64,000 bases of DNA from Ostrea edulis (lineage: Eukaryota). Shown here in pieces: positions 1 through 14,300 of this stretch. The stretch's first letter is position 1. Every line of letters begins with the position of its first letter. The stretch covers positions 31,620,001 to 31,684,000 of the forward strand of contig NC_079172.1 in the NCBI RefSeq assembly GCF_947568905.1, written 5' to 3'. The position numbers were made by a program, and so were the translations under genes. Below the pieces are notes generated by a model. It had not been told where the DNA came from, did no database searches, and worked only from the letters and a program-made list of their open reading frames with translations.

Positions 1-1175
1 AGTTTGTACTTTGAAGGAGTCATCACATAAGCATTAGTACTACAGTGTTCATCTGCACATCCTCAATTAAGATCATGAGGGCAAGCAGGGTCCAACATCT
101 CCCCCCCCCCCCCCCCCCCCCCCCTATTGGTTAAAATAGTTATTTTTGTTTATCTTCATTTAATTTCAGTAGCAAAATGTTGAACTCTTAGTATAACTTG
201 AACCCCACATCTCCTTAAAAAAATGTCAGGGGTGGACATTTGCTGGAAAAAAATTTATTGGATCCTTCGTTTGAAACATACATTTTGCTACTCGTTTGCA
301 AAAGTTGCTGCAGGAGTAATAAAAAGAATGTTTCTACATCACGACAGACAACATCTCACCAAGAGTTCGTGAGACCCAGGTATATCAAATGATGAAGAAA
401 ACAAGAATTGGAAATTCTGTCAAATCTATTTTGATTTATAAACAAAGAAATACGGCTTTATAACAATGGCGATGTCATACAAAAATTCCATGAACCTTTA
501 CCAATTATTTGCAATGTACCTTGTACCATTAAGTCAGTCATTATGCAAAATGGAACTCATAAACACACAATAGGTCAAAAATAAATCCATTAACTAAAAG
601 CTCCGTTAATCAATACACAAAACACAGCACTCTTTGAACAAAACAGCAAGACAGAAAACAATGCGGGTACAGAAACCTCCACAGTCACATATACTTGTAT
701 AACAATAAATATCTAATGCTATTAGTGCTTCTCTTCAAACATCACTGAGATCAAAACATACCAAAAACGTTTTTTTTTATGGGAATGTTCCACCAAGTTC
801 AACTTGGGATTTTCATACATGCAAACTGACATGATATAAATATGAATGAATGTATATTATTCAAAAAATCTGGATGGAATGTGTATAGACATCAAAATGC
901 TATTCATGTATAACCTTATTTCATCAAGCAATTATAGCATATTCCTATCAAAAAATATACTTTGCTAATACATGTAGCATTAAATGCAAAATATTCAGAT
1001 TCTTTATATAATGATAAGGGCAGTATTGATCAAATTTCAATAGGCAGATTTTCTATTGAAGGCAATGCAATAAAATGACATTGCACTCACACCTGACATC
1101 AACTATGCTAAGGCCAACAAAGTATATAATTTGGCACAAAATCTGTCATGTACTGTGCATGGTAGAAGACAGGGT

Positions 1176-1321
1176 GGATACTGGGAATCAGATCTAGTTG
1201 TGAAGACCGGGAATCAGATCCAGTTGTGAAGACCGGGAATCAGATCCAGTTGTGAATACCAGGAACCAGATCCAGTTGTGAATACTGGGAATCAGATCCA
1301 GTTGTGGATACTGGCAATCAC
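1176..1321. repeat. 26-bp minisatellite, about 5.5 copies, downstream of the TMTC4 stop
   Basis: Unit GGGAATCAGATCCAGTTGTGAAGACC recurs at 1183, 1209, 1235. Confidence 0.85.
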
Positions 1322-2238
1322 TTAAAGTTGTGTTGAACGATACTTCATTGTTTTATGAAATGCCTACTTTGTTGACATTTGTAGGACATGGGGGCATAAG
1401 TCAAAATTTTGTTTATTTCTCATTTTCTATCAACCTAAAAAACCCAACTTAAATGAATTCCTTGCTAGGGTAATAGAATTTGTGGATCTTTGATATAGTG
1501 GTTAGAGCAACTGGTTAGTGATAAAGGTGTTCCCAGTTCAATTCCTGGTCCCACCATATATTTTTCTCTCTCAATAATACAAATGATACTGTGGCCTATC
1601 CTGTCCTGGCATTAATAATGATAAGGTCCTGAGAGGGAAGAACTTGTGTTGTTGTCCGCGGGGTGAAAACTATTTAAAAGGAGGAAGTAGTGTAACTGAA
1701 TGGTGCATTATGGATATCTGCCTGGATAGGTAAATGGTTAGAGCACCTGACTGATTCCAGGATTGATTCCAAGTCCTGCCATTGATTTTCTCCTTTCTTA
1801 CTATGCTATTTTTTTCACAATTCTTTTTTTCTTCAAAGAAAATATGATGCTTCTTTCCCAAATTTTTTGTGCCGGTTGATTTGAGTTTTCAGGGGTACTT
1901 TAACATAAACTTGCGTCAGCTGTGTTAAAACTTGGTAAAATTGTTGGCCAAAATATGAAACATTTTCCTACCTGCCATGGGTCAAAACGAAGCTAACCTA
2001 GGGAGAAGTTGAGAAAAAAGCTCAAGATAGAGGAGAGTAGAAATCTCTAGTCCTTGCCCTATGTGCCTCTGAATGCAACAAGTAAGAGAGAGAGAGAGAG
2101 CATGGGTCAAACTGAAAGGTCCTCATGGGAGAGCAGACAGTATTTTAATCAGGGCCTGTTGTTAAATGAATTGGGTGTTCCATTACCACTAAAAACAAGT
2201 TAATTTGTGTCTCACTGCAGCTCTCACAACAGGAGCTG

Positions 2239-2384
2239 TTACGAGTGCCCATTTTTGTTGTTGTACTTTCGGTGAAGCATCTGTAGATTTTGAAGGACAC
2301 TCTGATTGGATGGCTCAATTTCCAGTGCTCTACGATAGGCCCTCTCTGCCTCCACTGGTTTGTCCCATCGATGATATAAAACAC
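2239..2384 (-). CDS. TMTC4: TMTC4 coding exon 15 (terminal)
   Basis: [51 protein letters not shown] at 2241-2239. Confidence 0.9.
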
Positions 2385-5300
2385 CTATCAAAATAAAACA
2401 GGTTTCAATGATCTAATCTCACTGAATAATTAAGGTATTGATTTCATAATGAGCCTAATTTAATTCTCATCAAGGGTGATGTAAAGGATCACTACACCCT
2501 TCACCCATAATATTAAAAAAATCTAAGTCCCATGACTCTGTAACAACAAATCTGATAAATCTGAAAATTGAAAGGAGTCTTCTAATCCAAGAATTACCTT
2601 TAAATTCTATGAAAATCTTCTCAAGCTATTGCAAGCCATACAAAGTGCTATTACCTTATCAATATTAAAAAATTCTAAGTCCCATAACTCTATAAGGACA
2701 CGGCTGATAAAGCCTGCTGCAATACAGGACCTCAGTTTTTTTTAGGTCATATCCGAAAGACCCGTGATTCTCACTGGTCGCATGCAGAAGCTCAGTGTTA
2801 GAGCGTTCAATTCGTAACTGGGAGGTTATGAGTTTGACCCCCAATCGTGCCATGGCTGCGTCAAACCTAAGACGTTAACATAAGTAGTGATTGTTCCTTC
2901 CCCAAGCGCTCGACAGTTATATTAGAAGTGAGAATCACTGATCTTTTGAATATGACCTTAAAAACGGAGGTCCCGTGTCGCGGCAGGCATGGGCACAATA
3001 AAGAACCCTCACTACTACAGCCCTGAGCGCTATAAGCATAAGTCTAAATTTGTGGTACTTCAGCTACAGCTGATAACATCTCAAAATTCTCAATGGGTCG
3101 TAAAACTAACAATCAATCAATCACTTCTAAACGTCAAGCATTTGGTGAAGGAGCAATCACTACCTATGTTTACGTCTTAGATTTGACGTGGCTATGATGC
3201 AAGCAGGGCTTGAACTCATGACCTCTCTGATATGAAGCGAATGCTCTACCACTGACTTACCAAGACTGGTCACCGATTCATAGGAAAACAGATGCAAAAG
3301 AATTAGAATTGACATAAACTGCATCCTTAAGATTGCACATCCTGTCGGCATGGAAACGGTAAACATCCCTTACCTAAGTTGGCATACATCTTGGATGCTG
3401 GTGATTGACCGCTGAGCTGTATGGCCTTCAAGAAATACTGTTCACTCTCCTGGTATCGATTAGCTTTGCCTATGACGTTGGCCAGGTTGAAGTAGGGGGT
3501 GGGGTCATTAGGAACATGCCTAATGGCCTCCTTGCCTACTAACTCTGCTTGCTCCAGTTTCTCTGCATCAGAAAATGGACTAAAGTTTTAATTAGAATAA
3601 CAGATGCATCAATTGAATTAGATCACTGAATACTGACTAAGCTTTCTGAGTCCTCATTAACCGTGTGAGTAAATATTGACTAAGCTTTCCGAGTTCTCAT
3701 TAACTGTGTGAGTAAATAGTGACTAAGCTTTCTGAGTACTCATTAACCGTGAGAGTAAATACTGACTAAGCTTTTTGAGTCCTCATTAACTGTGAGTAAA
3801 TACTGACTAAGCTTTCTGAGTCCTCATTAACCGTGTGAGTAAATACTGACTAAGCTTTCTGAGTCCTCATTAACCGTGAGAGTAAATACTGACTAAGCTT
3901 TCTGAGTCCTCATTGACCGTGTGTGTAAATACTGATTAAGCTTTCTGAGTACTCATTAACCGTGAGAGTAAATACTGACTAAGCTTTCTGAGTACTCATT
4001 AACCGTGTGAGTAAATAGTGACTAAGCTTTCTGAATCCTCATTAACCGTGAGAGTAAATACTGACTAAGCTTTTTGAGTCCTCATTAACCGTGTGTGTAA
4101 ATACTGACTAAGCTTTCTGAATCCTCATTAACCGTGAGAGTAAATACTGACTAAGCTTTCTGAGTCCTCATTAACTGTGAGTAAACACTGACTAAGCTTT
4201 CTGAGTCCTCATTAACCGTGTGAGTAAATACTGACTAAGCTTTCTGAATCCTCATTAACCGTGAGAGTAAATACTGACTAAGCTTTCTGAGTCCTCATTA
4301 ACTGTGAGTAAACACTGACTAAGCTTTCTGAGTCCTCATTAACCGTGTGAGTAAATACTGACTAAGCTTTCTGAATCCTCATTAACTGTGAGTAAATACT
4401 GACTAAGCTTTCTGAGTCCTCATTAACCGTGAGAGTAAATACTGACTAAGCATTCTGAGTCCTCATTAACTGTGAGTAAATACTGACTAAGCTTTCTGAA
4501 TCCTCATTAACCGTGTGTGTAAATACTGACTAAGCTTTCTGAGTACTTATTAACCGTGAGAGTAAATACTGACTAAGCTTTCTGAGTACTTATTAACAGT
4601 GTGAGTAAATACTGACTAAGCTTTCTGAGTACCCATTAACTGTGTGAATAAATACTGACTAAGATTTCTGAGTCCTCATTAACTGTGTGAGTAAATACTG
4701 ACTAAAATTTCTGAGTCCTCATTAACCGTGTGTGTAAATACTGACTAAGCTTTCTGAGTACTCATTAACCAGGTGATTAAATACTGACTAAGCTTTCTGA
4801 GTCCTCATTAACTGTGTGTAAATACTGACTAAGCTTTCTGAGTCCTCATTAACCGTGTGTGTAAATACTGACTAAGCTTTCTGAGTACTCATTAACCAGG
4901 TGATTAAATACTGACTAAGCTTTCTGAGTCCTCATTAACTGTGTGTAAATACTGACTAAGCTTTCTGAGTCCTCATTAACCGTGAGAGTAAATACTGACT
5001 AAGCTTTCTGAGTCCTCATTAACCGTGAGTAAATACTGACTAAGCTTTCTGAGTCCTCATTGACCATGAGTAAATACTGACTAAGCTTTCTGAGTACTTA
5101 TTAACTGTGTGAGTAAATACTGACTAAGCTTTCTGAATCCTCATTAACTGTGTGAGTAAATACTGACTAAGCTTTCTGAGTCCTCATTAACTGTGAGTAA
5201 ATACTGACTAAGCTTTCTGAGTCCTCATTAACTGTGTGAGTAAATACTAACTAAGCTTTCTGAGTCCTCATTAACTGTGTGAGTAAATACTAACTAAGCT

Positions 5301-8300
5301 TTCTGAGTCCTCATTAACCGTGAGAGTAAATACTGACTAAGCTCTCTGAGTCCTCATTAACTGTGAGTGTAAATACTAGCTAAGCTTTCTGAGTACTCAT
5401 TAACCAGTCGAGTAAATACTGACTAAGCTTTCTGAGTCCTCATTAACTGTGTGTAAATACTGACTAAGCTTTCTGAGTCCTCATTAACCGTGAGTGTAAA
5501 TACTAACTAAGCTTTCTGAGTCCTCATTAACTGTGCGAGTTAATACTGACCTAAGTTGTCCAGCAGGATGACCATGTTACTCCAAGCATTAAGGTGGCTC
5601 GGTCTCAGAAGAGTGGCGTTTCTCCAGGAACTCAGGGCTAGCTGATGTTGTTCCATCTCTAGATACTGCAGAGACAGAGAAAAAATATTCTCATCATGTC
5701 AGTATCCCAATACTTAACATTGCAACACTTAATAATTACTCTAATCATATCAGTATCCCAATACTTAACATTACAACACTTAATAATTACTCTAATCATA
5801 TCAGTATCTCTATTATGAACATTCCAGAGCGTAATGATTTTTCGTCGTTGACTGAATACCAATATTGAGGAATCATTAGATTTCACGGGGGCTCAATTTC
5901 TGTGGATTTTGTGGGTACCCTCATCTTATGAAGTCAAACCACTACAAAATACATAATCTACATGATGTTTCAATTTATGGAAACTGTATCTACGAAATTA
6001 CATTCCAATGAAACTGTAAAATCTCCACAAATCCACGAAAATTAGCCCCACGGATTTAATGATTCCATAGTATTTGAGGCATTTTGTGATATGATTAACA
6101 AACTCCATTTCAAGGAGAGCCAAAAACTACACAAATTAAGGAAACTTGTCACTGAAACAAACAAAACCTGATGACATATACATAACATACATAATAATGA
6201 ATTCAGAACAGATAAACCAAGTGTGATGTCACTCACCAGTGTTATACATGTATATAGAATTCATAAGAGATAAACTTAGTATGATGTCACTCATCAGTGT
6301 ATATATATATAGAATTCCTAAGAGATAAACTTAGTATGATGTCACTCATCAGTGTATATATAGAATTCCTAAGAGATAAACTTAGTATGATGTCACTCAT
6401 CAGTGTATATATAGAATTCCTAAGAGATAAACCTAGTGTGATGTCACTCACCAGTATATATATAGAATTCAGAACAGATAAACCTAGTGTGATGTCACTC
6501 ATCAGTGTATAATATACAGAAATCATAAGAGATAAACCTAGTATGATGTCACTCATCAGTGTTACATATAGAATTCCTAAGAGATAAACCTAGTATGATG
6601 TCACTCATCAGTGTATAATATACAGAATTCATAACAGATAAACCTAGTGTGATGTCACTGACCAGTGTATATATAGAATTCATAAGAGATAAACCTAGTA
6701 TGATGTCACTCACCAGATTTCCCAGGTTGTAATAACAGTCGGGATACTTCCTGCGATGTCGGAGAGCGGTGTAGTAACTCTGTTCTGCCTCACTTGGTTT
6801 TTTCAATGCTGTCTGTACTATTCCCAGATTCATCCACGCTGCTGCAAAATCTGGCCTGAAAAATCGAGGTGTGTCTGTGAATCATTCCGCCATTATATCA
6901 GGGAATTTTGATATCTGGAATACATTTAAAGAACACTCCCCCCCCCCCCCCCCCCCATCACCAAAAAAACCCTTATTTTTAAATATTAGCTCTAATTCGA
7001 ATTTTAGTGTTTACTTCTGGTATCTCTTCATCTGCCATGAGACCCAAAATTTTGTACTTGATGTTAAATTGCAAACACTCTATGAGATGACGGACAAAAT
7101 TTAAAGGCAAGGCAGAAATAAACATTGGCACTACAAAAGACGCCCCTAGTATAGCATACAACACCGGGGACATTTTCTTTTCTTAATATCCCTTCATATC
7201 GAACGTGGTGTTAAATATTGAGAATTAAAATTTATCATTAACTACTAGTGAATTTGGAATTTTTTCTTCTGTAGTACATGTATTATCAAATTTATCATTC
7301 CACTGTCATCTGAACAAATTCTCTACATGGACACTTAGTTCAACAAACCTTAATTCCACCGCCTTCTCCAGCAGCTGTTCAGCCTCTGTATTTTGCCCCT
7401 GGTCTTTCAGTAAGTTACCGAGGTTATTCATGGCCTGGTCATATTCAGGGTTCAGGCTGGAATAGCAAGTTACACTTCACTTATATTTCATTAAATACTG
7501 TAAAAGTCGTTATTTACACCAAGGCTTTCAGTACACGCTTTTCTACGTCCATTGTTATGCATGAGGGAAAAATACGCTATAACTGAATATATTTATATCA
7601 AATATTCCTAACTAAATATTAGGGGAAAATTTACACGCTATTACGTGACTGCGTAATCAATGTAAATTTCCCCCACGCATAAATAAGCACTTTTACAGTA
7701 TGATATCTTATTGTCCATCCATTCAAAATGGTTTTTTTTATTTTGTTGTAAAGCTGTAGTGAAAAACAGATTAAAATCACAAAACGTGCTAACATTATTT
7801 ATATTTCACAGACGTGACCGTGCCCGGAAGTTAAGTCAAAACAACAAAAACAAAGCTATACCAAGTAAAAAATACAGTTATGATGAATCGAAAACGCTGA
7901 ATTTATAGGGAAATTGACAGTCAGACAGTGACAAATTACTGAGTGTCCTCACAAGCGCAGTAGGAGGCGTAGGAAGATTTCCGATCCTCATCACAGAAAG
8001 ACATACCTAATGGCCAGCCTGTATTTAATGATAGCTTCTTCTATATTGCCCATGTCAGAGTTCAGCTTCCCTATATTGTAATGCACCTGTAATGTAGACA
8101 ACAGCAAGTAGTATACAGTAAAACACGCTTATAATGAAAACACCTAGAACGAATTCACACTTATTGCTAAGTAATATTTTTCCCCTATGAGAGGAAAACA
8201 ACAAAAAATCTAATGGATATAATGAAGTTTTGTTAAGACAAATGGTTTTTTGCTGGTTCTGGAGGTTCGCTACAACTGTGTTTTACTGTATGCAGTTTTC

Positions 8301-11300
8301 TTTGTTTGATTTTGTTTTGTTTTACATCCACTTTAAGAATTTTTTACTCATCTAGAAAGAAATCACCAGCTTTCGGTGAAGTGTCACAAATTTTGATTTA
8401 TGCATGGCACCCAAGGCCATAGCAGTCAGGGTTCTGTATTGCGTCAACATCTACCATGACATGTGACCCCCATTTTCAAGGTCATATCCAAAAGAGACAT
8501 GCTTTTCACTTCTGATGCCAAACAATTGGTGAAGGAATAGTCACTACCTATGTATTGGGTTTGACTTGGCTCAGTTTATTGGGATGTCTGCGAGTGAAGA
8601 TCTCTGAACATAACTCAGTGACAGTCCTGGCCAATGTAGTGTATCAACATTTCAGTTTGCTATCAAAATCAGAGAAACACCAAAAGTTTTGTAGAAATTA
8701 TTCAATTTCTAATCAATCCATAACTACTTAAACATTTGTGTTTTCCCCCCTTGCCTCAAGGTCAAAGGAGACTCAGTATTAACAGAAAACGTGATGGTGC
8801 ATGGCTTGGAGTTGTGGATGGAGCTAGATTCCCTTTGTGGATTGAAGTGTATGGACTGCAGTGTCTTTTTATGAAGTGGCTGTCTCTTTGTGGATTGAAA
8901 TGTCTTTATGGATGGAGTACATGTGTTTTTGTGCGTGTGGCTGTCTTTATAGATTGACTGACTTAAAGGATTGACTGTGTTTGTGGATTTGGCTGTCTGT
9001 GTGAATTGGAATATTCAACCTTTGTGGATTTGGCTGTCTGTGTGAATTAAGAGTTAAAATAGGTGTTAAATCCATGTGAACAAACCTTATTACTCTGGGT
9101 TGCCCCACATTGTATGATTGTAGTGCACTAGCATTCTATATCTAATCTGTATACATACAGTAAACACAACAATTAGTGTTTATGTATCTTAACACTACGG
9201 CTGCAGGTTTTCGGTTCTGGTTGTAAATATACCTTGATAATTAGGGGGCATGTTTTTGGTTCTGGTTTAAATATACTTTGACATTCAGGGGGCAAATTTT
9301 TGCCCCAGTTGTATACATATCTTGGCATTTAGGGGGCATGTTTTTGGTTCCGGTTGTATACATACCTTGGCATTTAGGGGGCATGTTTTTGCCCCAGCTG
9401 TAAACAGTGACATTTCTGTGTTCCACTGGTTGCTTCTCTGTATAGATCTCATAACGATAACAGACACGAGGAAAAACAGGAAGTATCGTGTATCCTGGAA
9501 AACAAAACATAACTTACATGTACAAAACAGAGAGTAGTGTATATCAAAAATGCAAACAAAGACCACATGGTAGTAGAAAAAGAAAAACATTTGGAATATA
9601 TTTTGTAAATATGGGGGTGAATAAATCCTGTAAATAAATCATAATTTTCAACAGGGGGTCTTTCTTCCATTTCAATGTGCTTAGTCAACAGAATGATTTG
9701 AGAAACCAACAATTGAAAACTCACCATCTTGGGATAATTCTGTTGAAGTTTACAGATTCCAATGGCAATCAAAATACAGAATCCTGCTGTGGGAAGATAG
9801 AGAACTCGCTCTGCAATTACGAATCCCACACGGAAAAACAAATTGGAAGCTGGTAGGAATGGAACAATCAACAAAGCTAAGGCCATTGTCAGCACTCTAC
9901 AACAGAGAAAAGGACATTGTCAGCAGTTGTTTAGTGCGGGAGATCGAGAAACACGTGTGAACAGTCTAACAAGTTTAATAAAGATGGCAGTCAAACAAAA
10001 TACAGTGCATTCTGGGAATAGTTCAATACACACATGAAATATCGCGGGAAATTCAAACTGGGAAATAATCTTTAAATGTATTATGCTATTAATATATTAT
10101 AAACATCTCCTTCCTTAAGATTATAAATCTCAAAAATTTATCTTTACCAAAATTAGGAATAGTTGAAGCAAAAATAGATGTACAGTACATAGGAATTGAA
10201 TTTTTCAATGTATCAAAATATCTTTATATAATGATTAGAGTTGACTGTCTTTATAACATAATTACATACAACTGTGTAATGTCTCTATTCACTTCCAGTG
10301 AAATGTGCAAAAATGAATACCATGTACATTAAAGTAAATGAATAGCAAAATAGCAAAACTGTTCAAAATGTCTGACATGACTTATGAATAAATTCACAGC
10401 AAATAGTCACTTAGGTATTTGGGGCGTTTTATTTCGCGACCACTACGTCTTACGGTAGCTGGTGGAGTGCTACTCTGTGGAATGTTCGTAACAGGTACAC
10501 TCGGAGTTTCATTGGTAAGTGGTGTGGTTGTTTCGGTACACAGCGATTCCTCTGAATTCTGGTTCCCCATCAGAATTTCCGGTTCCGGTTCCATAGCGGA
10601 AGAACACTGAAAATCACTTGGCACAGATGAATCTTGCATTTCATCATTGACATGAAGCAAGTGCTTACGATTTCTCCTGAGGTCTCCACTGAGAGTTTTC
10701 ACAAAGTATGAGCGGTTCGCGTAATCAGCAGATGTGACGATTCCTGCCTCATCCCAAGACTTTTCTTTATCAGTTTTCACCCTAACACGGTCACCTACGT
10801 AAAGTGGTTTTAAAGTGCGAGCTCCATGCATACGATTGAAGTTTACACGCATCCTGTGTTTGGATTGTCTGTCCTTTTCCCTAACTCTTCCTAGGTCCGG
10901 CCATCCAGGCTCTAGTTGGTCAGAACCAATCGGAACGGTAGTTCTGATTTTACGTCCCATGATGAGTTCAGATGGACTAGTACCTGTCGCATGTACGGGG
11001 GTACTGCGGTAAGCCATTAGGGCTAGAAATACATCCGGCTGTTTGAGTATTCGTTTGGCTACTTTAACCGCACTCTCTGCCTCTCCATTTGCTTGAGGAT
11101 AATGAGGACTGGAGAATGTATGATGAAATCCATAATCAATCGAAAACTGTCTGAATGATTTCGAACTGAACTGTCCACCGTTATCACTAACAAGTTCCTC
11201 GGGTATGCCCCATCTGGCAAACATATTCTTTAATTTGCCAACTACGTGATTACTTGTGATATTGTCCAGGTAGGCAATCTCCAAATACCGAGAAAAGTAA

Positions 11301-14300
11301 TCCATCACTACAAGGTAATTTTTGCCCTGTAATTCGCAAAGATCAGCTCCAACCCTTACCCAGGGACGACTAGGAAGCTGAGTAGTTTTAAGTGGCTCAC
11401 TACGCTGTGACGGACGGTTGGTATTACAAAACTCGCAACACCTGATCAAATGTTCCAAATCACTTGATAATCCAGGCCACCATACTGATGACTTTGCACG
11501 CTCTCTTGACTTGTTCAGTCCCAAATGGCCTGTATGTATCGCTGCGAGTACATCAGCTCTCAGGGATTCTGGAATCACTAGTCTGTCTCTATAGAACAGT
11601 ATACCATCAGACACTGAGAATTCGAATCTTGGCGCGAAATATGGTTTCAACTCCGCATACAATGAATTTTCTTTTTGCGGCCAACCTTGCATAGTGTATC
11701 TCATGACGTCAGGTAGAATCGGATCTGAAGATGTTTCGTTACGAATTTCTTCCAATTTCTTATCTGATAATGGTTTCGTATTGACCACGGACGCTACGTA
11801 TGCGGTAACATCTTCAACAGTATTGCTTTGATCACTGATATTGAGAGGACTTCTCGAAAGCGTATCCGGAACCACGAGCTGTTTTCCTGGAACATGTTTC
11901 GCTACGACATTGTACCTACGTAATCTCATCAGTAATCTCTGGCATCTCAATGGCGCTTTATTGAGATCTTGAGTATTAATCAGCGGTACTAACGGCTTAT
12001 GGTCCGTAATCAGTTCGAATGATCCAATTCCCATGAGGTATCGGTCAAATTTCTCGCATGCCCACACTCCGGCCAAACATTCCTTCTCAATTTGCGCATA
12101 TTTACGCTCTGCCTCGGTAAGTGTGCGAGATGCAAATGCGATTGGTTTAGTCTCTCCATCCACAACTTGAAATAGTGCTGCACCGATACCGAAACTACTT
12201 GCATCCGCACTAACGATAGTGGGTCGAGTCATATCGTAAAATGCAAGTACTGGCGCTTCTGTAATGAGTTTCTTCACACGGTCAAATGCACTTTGCTGAG
12301 ATTCATCCCAAGTCCACGCTGTGTCTGATTTTAACAGATTATTGATAGGGTTCATGATACTGGATAGATCAGGAACAAATCGACCAAGATAATTGATCAT
12401 CCCGATAATACGACGCAACTCACTGATGTTAGTCGGTGGTGGCAAATCCAGAATAGAGCGCACACGTTCTGGACTAGGTTGAACACCATCTTTCGAGATG
12501 ATGTGTCCAAAATATTCAATTTTCTCCTTTCGATATTCGCACTTGTTGGGATTTAGCTTGATCCCTGCATCTCTAATACGATCCAATGCTGCTTTTAATC
12601 TGCGGTCGTGTTCATTGCGTGAAGATCCATAGATGATGACGTCATCTATTATCGACTCTACGCCTTCCAACCCAGATAGTACTTCTCCCATGCGCCTTTG
12701 GAATATCTCGGGTGCTGACGAGATTCCGAACGGTACGCGCGTGTAACAGTACCTTCCAAAAGGAGTAATAAATGTAGTCAATTTTTGACTGTCCTCATGC
12801 AGTTTAAGTTGATGAAATCCTGATGCTGCATCCAATTTAGAGAATATGGTCGCTTCACTTAATTTCGGAGAGATATCGTCCAGATTCGGTAGCATGTAGT
12901 ACTCACGTTTAACGGCTTCGTTAAGACGCTTCAGATCAATGCAAATACGCACATCACCGTTTTTCTTTGTTGCTGGAACAATTGGTGCACACCAGTCAGT
13001 AGGTTCATTAATTTTACGAATGATACCATCATTTTCTAGTTTGTCGAGTTCTGCTTTCACTTTCGGCATAAGAGCGAACGGTATTCGTCGAGCAGTCGTA
13101 ACACAATACGGTTGCGCATCAGATCGGAGAACAATTTTCACTGGGTCACCTTTCATAGTACCGTGATGTTCTATGACACTTCCTATCTTCTGAATGAGAC
13201 CCATGGTAGACGCAACTGATCTTGATAGAAGATTATTCTGAGAGTCGGTGCTTGGAATCACAACTACGTGAAATGAATAAGGATGATTCTTATGTCGAGT
13301 AGTAACCTTGAATTTTCCAAGTGAGTGAAGATCACCGTTTGGCGTTTGTAGTTTGCTGTTGTTCACATGTAATTTTGGTTGAAATGGTAGCGATTTGTAC
13401 GTGTATTCTGACATGATGGAAATGTCAGCACCAGTATCAATCTTGAACGGAATCTCTGAACCACAAACTTTAAGTTTAACAAACCACGGTTCTCCCTCGT
13501 TGCATGCGGTCACTGAACCTAGAAAGTAGTCATGATGATCATTGTCGTCGTCGACAATTTCACGAACACCGGCAACAGTGTTGGAACGACAGCACACTGC
13601 GAAATGATTCCTACGGTTGCACTTTCTGCATCGCCGTCCATGAGCTGGGCACTGACCCTCGTAATGTTTACGATTGCACACTCCACACAACGGTAAATTC
13701 GCATTCTGTCGGTTCTGATTATTAGATCCTCTGCCGCGACTAGACTGTCCACCGCGAGTCCGTTGCGCACCTCTTCCACGATTTACTTGGTGTGGCGGAT
13801 CTTGAGTATGACGTTTCACCCGTACCGCATCCAAATTTTTGGATTGTAGATCTCTAATTTGAGATTTCACTAATTCAGAATTCCTGGCCATTTCTGACGC
13901 TTTCTCAAGAGTCAAATCCTTGGTTAGCTGCAGTTTCTCTGATAGTCCTTTGTCGTTGATGCCAATAACAAGTCTATCTCGGATTGCCTCGGATCTGTTA
14001 GCAAAATCACAATGTTCTGAGAGTTCATGCAGTGAACGAATAAAAGTTTCGACTGATTCTCCTTGAGCTTGCGATCTCAGGTGGAATTTGGCCCTTTCGT
14101 GAATCACGTTACGTTTGGGTACAAAATAGTCATCGTACTACTTCAGAATTACCTCGAACTTTGTCTCATCTTCCCCGTCACCAAATACGAAAGACTTAAC
14201 TATGTGTTCCGCCTGCAGTCCCATGGCATATATCAATGAACTAATTTGGATGGCTTCATCCTCCTTGTCAAGTTTCGTGGCGGTTCGGTACCTGCAAAAT

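Noticed and set aside
100-124. Poly-C/G tract as a functional G-quadruplex (also near 6938-6957)
   Set aside because: Simple homopolymers within repeat fragments, length-unreliable, with no supporting context.
3629-5550. Regular repeat of about 43 bp that could be mistaken for a CRISPR array
   Set aside because: Units are head-to-tail with no unique spacers, there are no cas genes, and the context is a eukaryotic intron.
6287-6556. Repetitive hydrophobic ORFs on both strands
   Set aside because: Read-through of the exon-12 donor minisatellite, not an independent gene.
10419-13779. Short ORFs on the opposite strand or in other frames within gag-pol
   Set aside because: Shadow ORFs of a long coding region, with no recognisable motifs.
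14138-14140. Programmed stop-codon readthrough in the retrotransposon
   Set aside because: The stop lies inside the capsid region rather than at the gag-pol junction, and has no known readthrough context.
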